Program-made: the position numbers and the translations under genes
Shown: piece after piece, positions 48,292 through 59,600 of the stretch
Position numbering within the stretch: position 1 is the stretch's first letter
Layout of the letters: each line of letters begins with the position of its first letter
Notes under the pieces: model-generated
Databases searched by the model: none
The model's input: the letters and a program-made list of their open reading frames with translations, nothing else
Told to the model about the DNA's origin: nothing
Assembly: GCA_031282325.1 (NCBI GenBank)
Contig: JAITDY010000057.1
Coordinates: 17,455-81,454 of the forward strand
DNA from: Lactobacillaceae bacterium
GTDB lineage: Bacteria > Bacillota > Bacilli > Lactobacillales > Lactobacillaceae
Reading direction: 5' to 3'
Length of the DNA: 64,000 bases

Positions 48292-49278
48292 TTATGATAA
48301 TGCTTGAGCAGCGGTTAAAATAGCCACTTTATAAACATCTTCTTCGTTGGCTCCGCGACTCAAATCTGAAACAGGGGCAGCCAATCCTTGCAAAATTGGT
48401 CCAATTGCTTCAAAACCGCCTAATCTCTGAGCGATTTTATAACCGATATTGCCAGCTTCCAGACTAGGAAAGACAAAAACATTTGCATGTCCGGCCACTT
48501 TTGATTCAGGAGCTTTAGAAGCACCAACTGATTCCACGAAAGCTGCATCAAATTGCAATTCTCCATCGATAACATCAGCCAAATCTGGTGCTAACTCTTT
48601 TGCAATTTTAGTAGCTTCAACAACTTTATCAACTAATTCGTGTTTAGCGCTACCCTTAGTCGAAAAACTAAGCATTGCTACTCGAGGATCGATTCCAAAA
48701 ATTTTAGCTGTTTGCGCAGACTGTACTGCAATTTCAGCCATCACTTGGGCATCGATTTCAATGTTTATGGCTGCATCAGCAAAAACATATCTTTCGTCTC
48801 CTTTTTGCATAACAAATGCACCGGAAATATGTGATGATCCGGGAGCCGTTTTAATAATTTGAAGAGCTGGTCGAACAGTGTCTCCAGTTGGATGTGCTGC
48901 ACCGGAAACCATGGCATCTGCTTTTTTGGCGTAAACCAACATCGTTCCAAAGTAATTTACATCTTGCAACCATTTTCTAGCTGTTTGTTCATCAGTTTTT
49001 CCATTACGACGTTTAACCAATTTTGCAACTAATTCCTCTAACTTATTAGCATCGTAAGTAATTGGATCGATAATTTCTAATCCTTGAATATCAAAATTAT
49101 TTTCCTGAGCGGTCGCTTTAATTTCTTCTACGTTTCCTAAAAGAATCGGGGTTAATAACCCATCTTTTTGCAAACGGACAGCTGCACCTTGAACGCGAAC
49201 ATCTTCGCCCTCTGGAAAAACAACTGTTAAATTTTTTTCTTTAATTTTACTTGCTAATTCTTCAAAAATATCTGCCAT
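48292..49278 (-). CDS. pta: Phosphate acetyltransferase
   Basis: VFPEG, TVRPALQIIKT, LSFSTKGS, DGELQFDAA, GNIGYKI, DLSRG. Confidence 0.97.
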   Translation of the reverse strand: MADIFEELASKIKEKNLTVVFPEGEDVRVQGAAVRLQKDGLLTPILLGNVEEIKATAQENNFDIQGLEIIDPITYDANKLEELVAKLVKRRNGKTDEQTARKWLQDVNYFGTMLVYAKKADAMVSGAAHPTGDTVRPALQIIKTAPGSSHISGAFVMQKGDERYVFADAAINIEIDAQVMAEIAVQSAQTAKIFGIDPRVAMLSFSTKGSAKHELVDKVVEATKIAKELAPDLADVIDGELQFDAAFVESVGASKAPESKVAGHANVFVFPSLEAGNIGYKIAQRLGGFEAIGPILQGLAAPVSDLSRGANEEDVYKVAILTAAQALS

Positions 49279-49400
49279 TTTATTTACCTTTTCTTAAATT
49301 ATTTGATTTTAATTCACTTCTTGATTTTATTGCAACATAATTTATTTTTCATTTTGGTACCAGCTTTATTATAAAATATTTTCGCTTATAATTTAGTTGA

Positions 49401-49952
49401 ATGACAATATACCTATTATCTAAAAATAAAACACAAAGAAATATTGATTTTAAAGTTTTTGATGAAAATTTTAATCCAGTTTTCAGGGTGCTTGGCAATA
49501 CTGGAAGAAAAAACGACGTATTATTCGTTTATGATTTAAGTAATACAGAGCTTGCCCGTATTCGCCAAATCAGTGTTGGATTAATACCGCGTTTTCAGTT
49601 GCTTCATGATGATAATTATGTAGCTAGTTTTTCTTTTAATTTTGGCCCACTTTCTGATTTAATCTATATCAGTCATCTAAATTGGATCATTACTGGCAAT
49701 ATTATTAACGGAAATTATCGAATTAGATATGGAAGCAAAAAAATCTTGTCTGTTTCTGAAATACAGTTACCAGAGGGTGATTTTAATCGATTAGACGTTG
49801 TTTTAGATAATCAAGCCAGCGTTCATGTAGCAATTGTGGCTTTATTAAATAATTGGATTTATTTAAAAAGTAAATCATGGATGAAATATTTTAATCCGAA
49901 ATTTAAAGTAAAATACAAATTAGCTACCAAGACCCTAAATAATAACAAATAA
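49401..49952 (+). CDS. LURP-one-related / Tubby C-like protein
   Basis: Beta-rich pattern (VFDE, LARIRQ, PRF, LNWIITGN); usual position between smpB and pta in lactobacilli. Confidence 0.7.
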   Translation: MTIYLLSKNKTQRNIDFKVFDENFNPVFRVLGNTGRKNDVLFVYDLSNTELARIRQISVGLIPRFQLLHDDNYVASFSFNFGPLSDLIYISHLNWIITGNIINGNYRIRYGSKKILSVSEIQLPEGDFNRLDVVLDNQASVHVAIVALLNNWIYLKSKSWMKYFNPKFKVKYKLATKTLNNNK

Positions 49953-49985
49953 AAAACCTTATTGTTTTTAGCAATAAGGTTTTTT
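49951..49985. terminator. Bidirectional intrinsic terminator
   Basis: AAAAAACCTTATTG / CAATAAGGTTTTTT. Confidence 0.88.
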
Positions 49986-50607
49986 ATTTATCTTGCAAAT
50001 GTTTATGTGTTAGGTATTGCAAATTATCTGCAATGGTTGCTACGTTTCTCATTAAAGAAAAACTTAATGTCGTGGCAATCCAACCAAATGTAAATACAAG
50101 GGCGGCCGCGAATAATCCAATAAATAAGCCAAATATTCCCGAGAAAAAGCCAGAGCTAGCAAAGGAAACCCAAACAGCTACAAAAGTAGTTGCTGCAAAA
50201 ATGCCAACAAAAATTAAGCTAATATTTTTTAATAAGTTAATTGTTTTAAAATTAGAACTTCTTAGTGGTGGCAATTTAACATTTTTAGGTTCAGCTTCTT
50301 CAGTGCTATCTTTTATTTTATTAAAAGCTGTTTTAGCAGCCTTTCCAGTAGCTGAAGCAAATTCTTTTGATGTTTGACTAGCTTTTTCTAAAACTTCAGA
50401 TAAATCATCTTCAACATCGTTGTCGTTGGATTTTTTATCACTACTTTTTTTATTATTATCAGATTTTTTATTATCTTTTTTGCTAGTAGTTTTAGTATCG
50501 TTGGTTTTAATACGTCCACCTTTAATTGCAGCATTGATTACCGCTTTAGTAGGTTTTTTTCCATTAATTTGCTTGTAGTAATCTTCAAATTCTTCTTGTG
50601 ACATCAT
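49984..50607 (-). CDS. Uncharacterised two-TM membrane protein with charged cytoplasmic N-terminus
   Basis: SD AAGGAG; N-terminal helical motif, K/D/S low-complexity linker, two C-terminal TMs. Confidence 0.75.
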   Translation of the reverse strand: MMSQEEFEDYYKQINGKKPTKAVINAAIKGGRIKTNDTKTTSKKDNKKSDNNKKSSDKKSNDNDVEDDLSEVLEKASQTSKEFASATGKAAKTAFNKIKDSTEEAEPKNVKLPPLRSSNFKTINLLKNISLIFVGIFAATTFVAVWVSFASSGFFSGIFGLFIGLFAAALVFTFGWIATTLSFSLMRNVATIADNLQYLTHKHLQDK

Positions 50608-50623
50608 TTTCTCCTTGAAATAT

Positions 50624-51118
50624 TTATTTAATTTTATTTACTAATTTGGATCTAGAATTTTTTAAAATTCTATTTGTTTCTCTTTTGATATCACGTTCTT
50701 TAATTGTTTGCCGTTTATCAATTGTTCTTTTACCAATTCCGATACCTATAAGTATTTTAGCAAATCCTTTTTTCATATAAACACGTAATGGGACAATTGC
50801 TTTTCCACTCGTTTCATCTGCAACTTGTAATTTTTTGATTTCATTTTTATGCAGAAGTAATTTTCGTCTCCGAAGTGGATCCACATTAAATTGATTACCT
50901 TGCTTGTATTCAGAAATATTAACATTATTTAGCCATGCCTCATTATTTCTAATTGTTACATAGCCTTCAGAGATATTAATTTGACCTGCTCGGACAGATT
51001 TAATTTCTGTTCCGGTTAATTGCATCCCAGCTTCATAAGTATCGGTAATTGAATAGTTAAAGCTGGCCTTGCGATTTTGAGCTAAAACATTACTATCAAC
51101 TTGTTTTTTCTTAGCCAC
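50624..51118 (-). CDS. smpB: SsrA-binding protein
   Basis: AQNRKA, YEAGMQLTGTEIKSVR, RKLLLHKNEI, DKRQTIKERD. Confidence 0.97.
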   Translation of the reverse strand: MAKKKQVDSNVLAQNRKASFNYSITDTYEAGMQLTGTEIKSVRAGQINISEGYVTIRNNEAWLNNVNISEYKQGNQFNVDPLRRRKLLLHKNEIKKLQVADETSGKAIVPLRVYMKKGFAKILIGIGIGKRTIDKRQTIKERDIKRETNRILKNSRSKLVNKIK

Positions 51119-53286
51119 TACCTTCTTCCTTTGCGCAATTTATATTGTCCTGTTGACTCCATTTTCCCCTTACGATCGTTTTGACGATTATATTTCTTTT
51201 CGCGTTGACCATTTTGACGATAATCACGGCGTCTTTTTTCTTCCACTGGTACTGGAATATTAGTAATTGGGGCATTTTCTGGATTTACTAATTGAAAATC
51301 AATTTTTCGTTCTTCTTTACTTGCTTTAATAACTTTAACTTTAACTTTTTGGCCAATCGTATAAATATGATGTTTATTTCGGCCAATCAATGAGGCTCGT
51401 GACTCGTCGAACCAATAATCATCATCGCTCATATTCGAAATATGAACCAACCCTTCAACTGTATTTTCTAGGCTTACAAAAATCCCAAATTTTAAGGCGG
51501 AATTAATTAAACCGTCAAATTCTTCACCGATATGCGATTCCATATATTCGGCCATTTTCATATCGTTAGTTTGTCGCTCTGCATCGATGGCACGACGTTC
51601 TTTTTCAGAGGTGTCAATCCCAATTTGTTCTAGGTCGAATAATTCTTTAACTTTTGCAACCGCATCTTCACCAGTTCCATTTTCATCGTAAAACTTAATT
51701 AAACGATGAACTGTTGTATCCGGAAAACGTCTAATTGGTGAGGTGAAATGCGTGTAATACTGTGCTCCAATTCCAAAATGTCCGATCGGTTCAGGTGAAT
51801 ATTTTGCTTGTTTGGTTGCTCTTAGCATCATCGTTCGAACCATAATTTCTTCTGGAGCGCCAGCAACTTCTTTTAAAGCATTTTGAAAATCAATAGGTTT
51901 TAAATTTTTCGGATCAGCCATAATTGGATGTCCAATAGCAGTCATAAATTGAAAGAAATTAGTCACCTTATCCCCTTCAGGTACCTCATGAATACGATAA
52001 AGAAAGGGGACTTTTAATTTGTCGTAATGCATGGCTACTGTTTCATTGGCTACCAAGGCAGTAGACTCAATCATTCGTTCACCAATACCTCTATTTATAA
52101 CTTGAATATCAACTGCTTTTCCTTTTTCATCAACAATAATTTTCGCTTCCGGAGTATCAAATTCAATTGCTCCACGTTTAAGACGCATAGCGTATAAAAT
52201 CTGGTGAACTTCATAAAGTGCATTAAAATTATCTGCAAAATCAGTATAGCGTTTGCTAATTTCTGGATCATGAGCTAAAAATTTATTGTAGTCAGCATAA
52301 GTAACTCTTTGTTTCGATTTAATAATAGATTTATGAATACGGTGATTGACAACAACTCCATCAGCATTTATTTCCATTTCAATACTCATTGCTAAACGGT
52401 CTACATTAGGATTTAATGAAGCAATACCGTTAGAAATAGCTGGTGGCGTCATTGGAATTACTCGGTCCGTTAAATAAACAGAAGTTCCTCGATTATATGC
52501 TTCTTTATCAATTGCACTACCTGAAATAACATAAGACGAAACATCAGCAATATGAACTCCTAAATGATAATTACCATTACTCATTTTATAAGCAATCACA
52601 GCATCATCAATATCTTTAGTATCGGCACTGTCCATTGTAATAATTTGTTGGTCGCGTAAATCTTCATAACCATTTTTCAAGGCTTCGTCTACATCCACTG
52701 AATTAGGAATATTTGCAACTTCATCTTCAACTTCTGGTGGCTGAATATTTGGAATTTTTAATGCTGTGACAATTTCTAAAATATCAATTCCCGGGGCATC
52801 ACTACGCCCAATTATCGAAGTAGCCATTCCGGTTAAACGGTTTGGAAAATTCTTATTCGGAAATTTGGAAGTGGTTGCCACAATCGAATCACGATCATTT
52901 GGAATCACTCCTTGATCCGTTATTAAATATCGGAAAGAAGATAGTTTTTTATCTAAAAATTCTAATTCTCCAATAACTTTTTTTCCTTCCGGTGTTTGGC
53001 TATCAGCTGAACCAACATGAAAAACACCAACAATATTTTGAGCTGCACGGTTAGTTATTTCAAGTACCTTGCCTTCAGCTTCTTTACCTTCTTTTCCAAT
53101 TCGAATAACTTGAGCTAAAACGGTATCGCCAGTCATAGCTAACATCGTATTATTACCACCAATAAAAATATCGGGTAATCCTTCTTCAGTTTTGACAAAA
53201 CCAAAACCTTTTTCGTTTGCAACAAAACGACCTGAATATTTTTCGAATTCTTGCAATTTTATTTGTGCTTGATTTTCTTCAGACAT
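51118..53286 (-). CDS. rnr: Ribonuclease R (short N-terminus)
   Basis: GFGFV OB folds, DTKDIDDA, HIADVS, HFTSPIRR, S1 domain, basic tail; secG-rnr-smpB synteny. Confidence 0.93.
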   Translation of the reverse strand: MSEENQAQIKLQEFEKYSGRFVANEKGFGFVKTEEGLPDIFIGGNNTMLAMTGDTVLAQVIRIGKEGKEAEGKVLEITNRAAQNIVGVFHVGSADSQTPEGKKVIGELEFLDKKLSSFRYLITDQGVIPNDRDSIVATTSKFPNKNFPNRLTGMATSIIGRSDAPGIDILEIVTALKIPNIQPPEVEDEVANIPNSVDVDEALKNGYEDLRDQQIITMDSADTKDIDDAVIAYKMSNGNYHLGVHIADVSSYVISGSAIDKEAYNRGTSVYLTDRVIPMTPPAISNGIASLNPNVDRLAMSIEMEINADGVVVNHRIHKSIIKSKQRVTYADYNKFLAHDPEISKRYTDFADNFNALYEVHQILYAMRLKRGAIEFDTPEAKIIVDEKGKAVDIQVINRGIGERMIESTALVANETVAMHYDKLKVPFLYRIHEVPEGDKVTNFFQFMTAIGHPIMADPKNLKPIDFQNALKEVAGAPEEIMVRTMMLRATKQAKYSPEPIGHFGIGAQYYTHFTSPIRRFPDTTVHRLIKFYDENGTGEDAVAKVKELFDLEQIGIDTSEKERRAIDAERQTNDMKMAEYMESHIGEEFDGLINSALKFGIFVSLENTVEGLVHISNMSDDDYWFDESRASLIGRNKHHIYTIGQKVKVKVIKASKEERKIDFQLVNPENAPITNIPVPVEEKRRRDYRQNGQREKKYNRQNDRKGKMESTGQYKLRKGRR

Positions 53287-53321
53287 ATATAAATAAAGGC
53301 GCTTGCGCGCCTACTCCTTAA

Positions 53322-53558
53322 TTAATGATTATCAACGTACATTAGGATTAATGCTAGTATCATCCAAACAATTCCTAATACTGCTGTCATATGTTTTAAA
53401 ATAGCTTCAAAACCACGAGCTTTTTGATTAGAAAATAAATCACCGGCTCCTCCAGTTAATCCATTTAAAACATCTTGTTGTTTACTTGGTTGCATCATAA
53501 TTAAGATAATTAAAAAAATTCCGAGAACAATCAAAGTTGTTAAAAGTACATTTTCCAT
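53322..53558 (-). CDS. secG: Preprotein translocase subunit SecG
   Basis: 78 aa, two TMs, QPSK, GGAGDLF..QKARGFE. Confidence 0.95.
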   Translation of the reverse strand: MENVLLTTLIVLGIFLIILIMMQPSKQQDVLNGLTGGAGDLFSNQKARGFEAILKHMTAVLGIVWMILALILMYVDNH

Positions 53559-53648
53559 ATTTATTAATTATATCAAGAAAAAAGATTCAATTTATATTCG
53601 ACTATCAAAGTAAACTTTAATAGAAAAACTAAAACTGAATCTCAAAAA

Positions 53649-56600
53649 TTATTTATTTTTCTTTGTCTTTTTTTCTTTAGTTGACTCAATAAAAATAGTA
53701 AAGGCAAGAGCTATAAAAGCAATATTAAAGCTTAATTGCTGAGTTCTTCCAGTTTTTGGAAGTTCAACGGCTTTTTTATTTGTAGTAGTGCCCAATTCGA
53801 GATTTTCATTAGTCTTTGAAGCGTTTGTCGTAGATTCTTTATTTTCTTCATTAGGAATAGAATTTTGGTTTGTAATCTCATCATTGTTTTTCTTTTCAAC
53901 AACTTTCGTTTGTTCCCAATTAGAATCAGTCGTTAATGTTTTTCCATTCGCATCAACCCAATTTCCATAAACAATATTACCGTCTTGATCAATTGTTTTA
54001 GAACGCGTATAAACAACTTTTTCAACCAAATCTTCACCCGCTTTTTGACCGTTTTGATCCACAAAATGGGTAGTATGAGTAAATGTTTGCGTTTCTAAAT
54101 CTGTTACGTTTATTGAACGGTTTTCATAAACAGGTACCACTGGTTTATCGTCTGTTGGCGTTTCAGTTGGTTTAGAAGCTGGAAATGGATTTTCCCACGT
54201 AATTGTTTTATCTTTACTTCTAGTTTGAGTATAATTCCAAGTTGTAAAAGTAAGGCTTTCTTTATTATCATCAGCTGATACTGTATAGGTAAAGTTTCCA
54301 TTTTCGTCTACAGTTACTGGATTTTCATTTTGATCAAAAATCAAATTCGTGGCTAAATTAGTATTTCCAATAATAGTTACTGTATTATCATCATTAACAA
54401 CTACTGAAATAACTTGTGTGTCTTCAGCTTCACGAACTGGCTTATTTTCCGCGTCGGCATTTGCAAAAATTGCATAATAGGTTTCATCTTGGTTTGGTTT
54501 TGAAATATTTGGATCGATTGTAATTCCATGAGAATTTTCAAAGTGATCGAATACAAATCCAGCCTTAGCTACCGGTTTGGGAATGCTATTTGCCGGACTG
54601 CCCAATTGAACTGTTTGCTGATCTGCATCAATACTTCCAGCATTAGTATCTACCACGTCAAATGATAAATTAAACGTACGGTTAGAATCATTATTTAGGT
54701 CGACGATAACAGGCATAAATTGGCTTGAACCAGCACTAAACAAATATTGTATTTGACTAGGCGTTCCTGTTCCAACCCACTTTGCAATTCCGGTTACAGT
54801 ATTGTACTCCCAATCATTATTATCAATAATTTGATAATTTCCAGCATAGCCTGCTCCCGGAACGTCTACAAACTTAATATTATCTTTGCCGACAACGTCA
54901 GTAAGATTAACATAATACTGTCCATCAACTTCATACATTTTAGAGTCGGTAGTTTGATAAGTGGAATTACCAAATTGATGATTAATAGCAATATTAGTAG
55001 TTAAATCTAGCGTGGTTAAGTTATTTCCGCTTAAATCATATCCAGATAAATAAATATTGTCAGCTAAATCAATATTTACTAATTTATTATTCGAAGCAGT
55101 CAAAACACTTAAATTAGTATCACCATTGACTAACAAATCGGTTAATTGATTATTGTCTGCTTGCACAAATGATAATGATTGATAGTTACTAAAATCTAAT
55201 TGGCTTAATTGATTACCAGACAAAATGGCAACTGATAAATTGGGCATCAATGGTATTTTATTACCATTTTCATCAGTAACTTGTAAGTTTAATTCAGTAA
55301 GGCTGTCGTTAGACAATGCTATACTTTGTAGATTTTTATTATTAGATAAATCAACACTAGTTAATTCCGGAATATCTGAAGCCGTGAAGTTTAATAAATT
55401 ACTTCCTGCTTGTTTTAATGTATTCGATACATCACTAATTGCTGTTCCTGAAATAGCTAAACTTTGAAGATTATATAAATCATTAGGCAATTCATTTAAC
55501 CCACTATTATTATTTAGATTTAGTGTTCTTAAATTATAGCCAATATTGCCAATTTCAAAGCCTTCACTAGTTAGCGCGTCACCAAACAACGATAGCGTTT
55601 CTAATTGATATAAATTAGAAACATCGAGTTTACTTAAGTTTTCATCATTGTAGGCATACAAACTGACTAAATTATCATTCTGACTCAAATCTAAATTAGT
55701 TAATTCCGGTAATTTAGAAGCACTTAAATAAGTTAATTCTGTGCTTAAAGAAGTATTGACTGTATCTAAATTAGGCAAATTATACAAAATTAATTGGTCC
55801 AAATTAGCATTGGTTTTTACTGATTTCACAGCTGTTGAACCACTTAAAATATCGTTCCCATCCGAATGATTACCCGATATTTGAAGCGAAGTTAAAGCTG
55901 GAAAATCAGATACATCAATGTCAGTAACATCATTACCTAAAATGTCTGCTGTGATACTTTGCAATTTTGGTAATTTAGATAATGGTGACCAATCTTGTAC
56001 GTCACTGCCCGAAATATCTAAATTAGTTAAATTAAAGAAATACTGTAATCCTTCATAATTTTCAATATTCAAAGATTTTTTCAATGTTAAACTAGTGAAT
56101 TGTCCAGCAAAATCATAGGTTAATTTATTGGTTGGTACACCGTCATTGCCAAGTTGCATTTGATAAAGAATTTCATTTCTTAGGTTTTCATCTGGGATAG
56201 TATTTTTATCAATTGTAATTGGGTATTGATTTTCAAATAAGGCCTTATTAATTTGATCAATTGCATCATTGTAGGCGGTGTCAACATCAACCTTGGCTTG
56301 ATCAAAATCATCATATACATTCAAAGTGACCGCATTAATTGCTGAAGTAGCTTGGTTTAATAATTCCGTTTTTTGTTGGTCACTCAAATTAGAGCTATCT
56401 AGAATTTTAGATAGTTGTTTAATTTTATTTTCTTTATATTCTGCTAAGCTAGCTACATTTTTGTCGTGTTGCAATGCTTGCAAAACATCTGAAGCCTTAG
56501 TGCGTGCATCGTTAAGTGCTTTAGCAATATCGCTTTGGCTATCTAGGGTTGAAAGGGTACTGGTTAAATCAGCAACCCATTGATCTTTTGTTGCACGATC

Positions 56601-59600
56601 AATTGAATCAAATGAAGGTGAATTAATATAATCATTAAATGATGCCAAAGCCTTGTTTCTTAAATTAACTGGATCATTTTGGGATGCCACTGTTTTTTTC
56701 ACAAGCAGGTCGACTGGTCCGCCATTTGAGAAGAACTCCGTTTGCAAACTATAAACTCCATCGGCGCTAGTTTCTTGGGACAATTCTTGACGGAACTGTT
56801 CAATTAAAGTATCGATTTGTTCAGGAGTTAATAATTGCGAATACGATTGTGGATGATTGTCAACAACAGTCATACCATAATTTAAAGTTCCAATTATTTG
56901 TGTTAAGACACTTTGGGCAGCTGTTTTAACCTCATCACTTTGATTGCCAACTTCTACGATTGTAGAACTGTAATCTAGTGACAACAAGTTTGCCTTATTG
57001 TCAGTTAAATCTTTAATTCCACCAACAAATCCAACTGCTTTTGCATCAACTAGATTTGGACCAAATGATTTTTTAGCTAATTGCTTATTCAAGGATACAG
57101 TTGGACTTTCTAATTTGCCAATATTTTCAGCTAAATTAGATAAGGCAGGCGAGTATAAATTAAAAGCAATAAAACTCAAAGTTAGGGAACTAAATTGCTT
57201 TAATTTATTTTTCTTATATCCAGCTAAAATAAATAACACCAATAAGAAGAAGGCTAAATCACCTGCTAATTCAAGTTCATTAATTAACTCTGTATTTTCA
57301 CCCGTTTTTGGTAATTCCTTATTAGATTGATTGGAATTAGTCGTTGCAAGAACTGCTGGTGTATTGGCTTGAGTTTTATCTTTAGTAGTAACTGATATTA
57401 ACGATTGACCATTAGCGGAAGTAGTAGAACTATTTTTGTTACTCAACCAAGAATCTAAATTGCCAGTCGCACTAGAAGAACCATTAGTGTTTAATATTGT
57501 TTTCGGTAAAACAAAACTACTTGTAAAATCATTAACATCACTTAAAACAGTAATAGTTAATGTATCAAAAACACCAGCTAATTTATCTGTTATTGTAATT
57601 GTGGCTTTACCTGGATTTTTAGCGGTAACTTTACCATTTAAATCAACATCTACTACATTATTATCTGATGATGAAAAAGATAATTGATCGTTAGAAGCAT
57701 ATGTCGGAGTGATATTAGTGGTTATTTTAGCCGTTTTGCCAACTTCTAATTTATAAGAATCAAGGCTAGCGGTAATTTTAACTGGTGTAATTGTGTGTTT
57801 TTCAATCACATAATTTTGTACCTCGCCCGCATTTCCCGCTGTATCTTTAGATCTATATTGCAAATTAACAGGTGCATCTAATTCCAAAGCACCGGTATAC
57901 TGTTTCCATGTTTTGCCATTATCCAAAGAATACTCAATTGAAGTAATTGACTTTTCTAAATCAGAAATATCATCATTTAAACCTAGTTGAAGTTGATGTT
58001 TATTTGAATCAGCTACTTGTTTATCACTTACAACCTTAGCCTGACTAGCAACTGCTTTATAAATATTAGTAACATCATGTTTAACAATTTCCGAGTCATT
58101 ACCAAACTTATCAGTTTCTTTAAAATAAACTGTTCCATTTGAAGGTAAAGAAACATCACTTAGATACGGTACAAAGGTGGTTCCATCCAAGCTATAAGAT
58201 AAAATATCGTCTGGGTTGGCAACTTTGGCTGAAACATTTACTGATTTATTAGTTGGAGTTGTAATATCTTGAGCAACAATCGGACTAGCTGCTTTGGCTA
58301 CGGAATAATGTACTCGAATCGTTTTGGTAACTTTGTTTCCCATTTTATCAACAACAGTTACATTAAAAGTATTATCTGTTTTATCTTTAGAAGTATCTAA
58401 AGCAAATTGATGATCAAAATCTGCAGAGGCCATATTTTCAACTAAAAACGAATTATCCCATGCGGCCCCAGCGGTTCTTAAAACAACATCTGAATTGATT
58501 CTTAGTGAGTATCCGTCTAAATTATCATTAGCCGTTCCTTGCAAGTTAAATGTGGGCTGATTGGTATAAACATCATAAGAAGTTCCGTCATCCGAAGTAC
58601 TCCATTGATCGCCAATATTGAAATTAACACTTGGATCTTGGCTATCAACATATAAAGCAAACATGCTTGTATTGGTTGCAAAAGTTCCGTCAGTTAATTT
58701 TTGGCTAAAATCATATTTAATTTTTAAATTATTATTGGAAACAGAAGTATCGTTAAAACTAGTTCCGTCTGCATTAGTAGCAAGTCCTAATGGCACATCA
58801 TAAGTAAAACTTCCGTCAGCATTAACAACTGGTTTATTTCTTGGATCGTTGGGATCTTGACTATAACCATAAATGACTAAATCTTTAGCATCATTTGGAT
58901 CTAATTTTCCGCGAACCGTATAGGTATTAGCTTCTTTATTAAAATCATCATCCCCAGATGAAGTCACATAACTAGTGCCCTCATCTGCAATGTTGTCCCA
59001 GCGAAGATAGGTATCATCATATTTATAAACAACTGCCAATTCCGGTTGTGATGGTATTAGCGTTTGCCCATTAATACCACCTTTTTTAATTGCAAAAATA
59101 TTGTATTGATTAGTGCCAGTTTCCGGAGTAATCGTAGCACTCCAAGTGTGGGCAGCCGGATCTTTCACAACTTTACTCGTTTGGTCTACCCAATCACTGT
59201 CATTATTTTCGTTATAAGACTGTAATGAGACATCAAAAGAATCATCACTATAAGTTCCTTTAAAAGTTACCGTTCCGTCTTCGTTTTCGTCGTAATCAAC
59301 TACACGAGTATTATCATCATCTAGCCCTGAAGCCTCTTTGTCTAGCGTAATGGTTGGAACTAAATTAAAGGCAAAATTAAATTCTTGGATTGGGCGTTGC
59401 AAGTTTGGATCAAGCGTAAAATACAATTTTTTAGTTTCATCTGAAACTGGGACGTTAGCAATAAAACTACCAATTTCATCAACATTAACTTTAGTAAAAT
59501 TTTTACCATCACTACTAATATAAAAATCACGTGGAAAATATCCTTGGATAGAATAAGTCTTATTTTTTGGATCATAGTAAGGCGAAGTAACATCAGTTTC

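Noticed and set aside
56998-57687. Antisense ORFs within the protease, and similar short shadow ORFs across the window
   Set aside because: Opposite-strand or off-frame shadows of well-supported genes, with no RBS or motifs.
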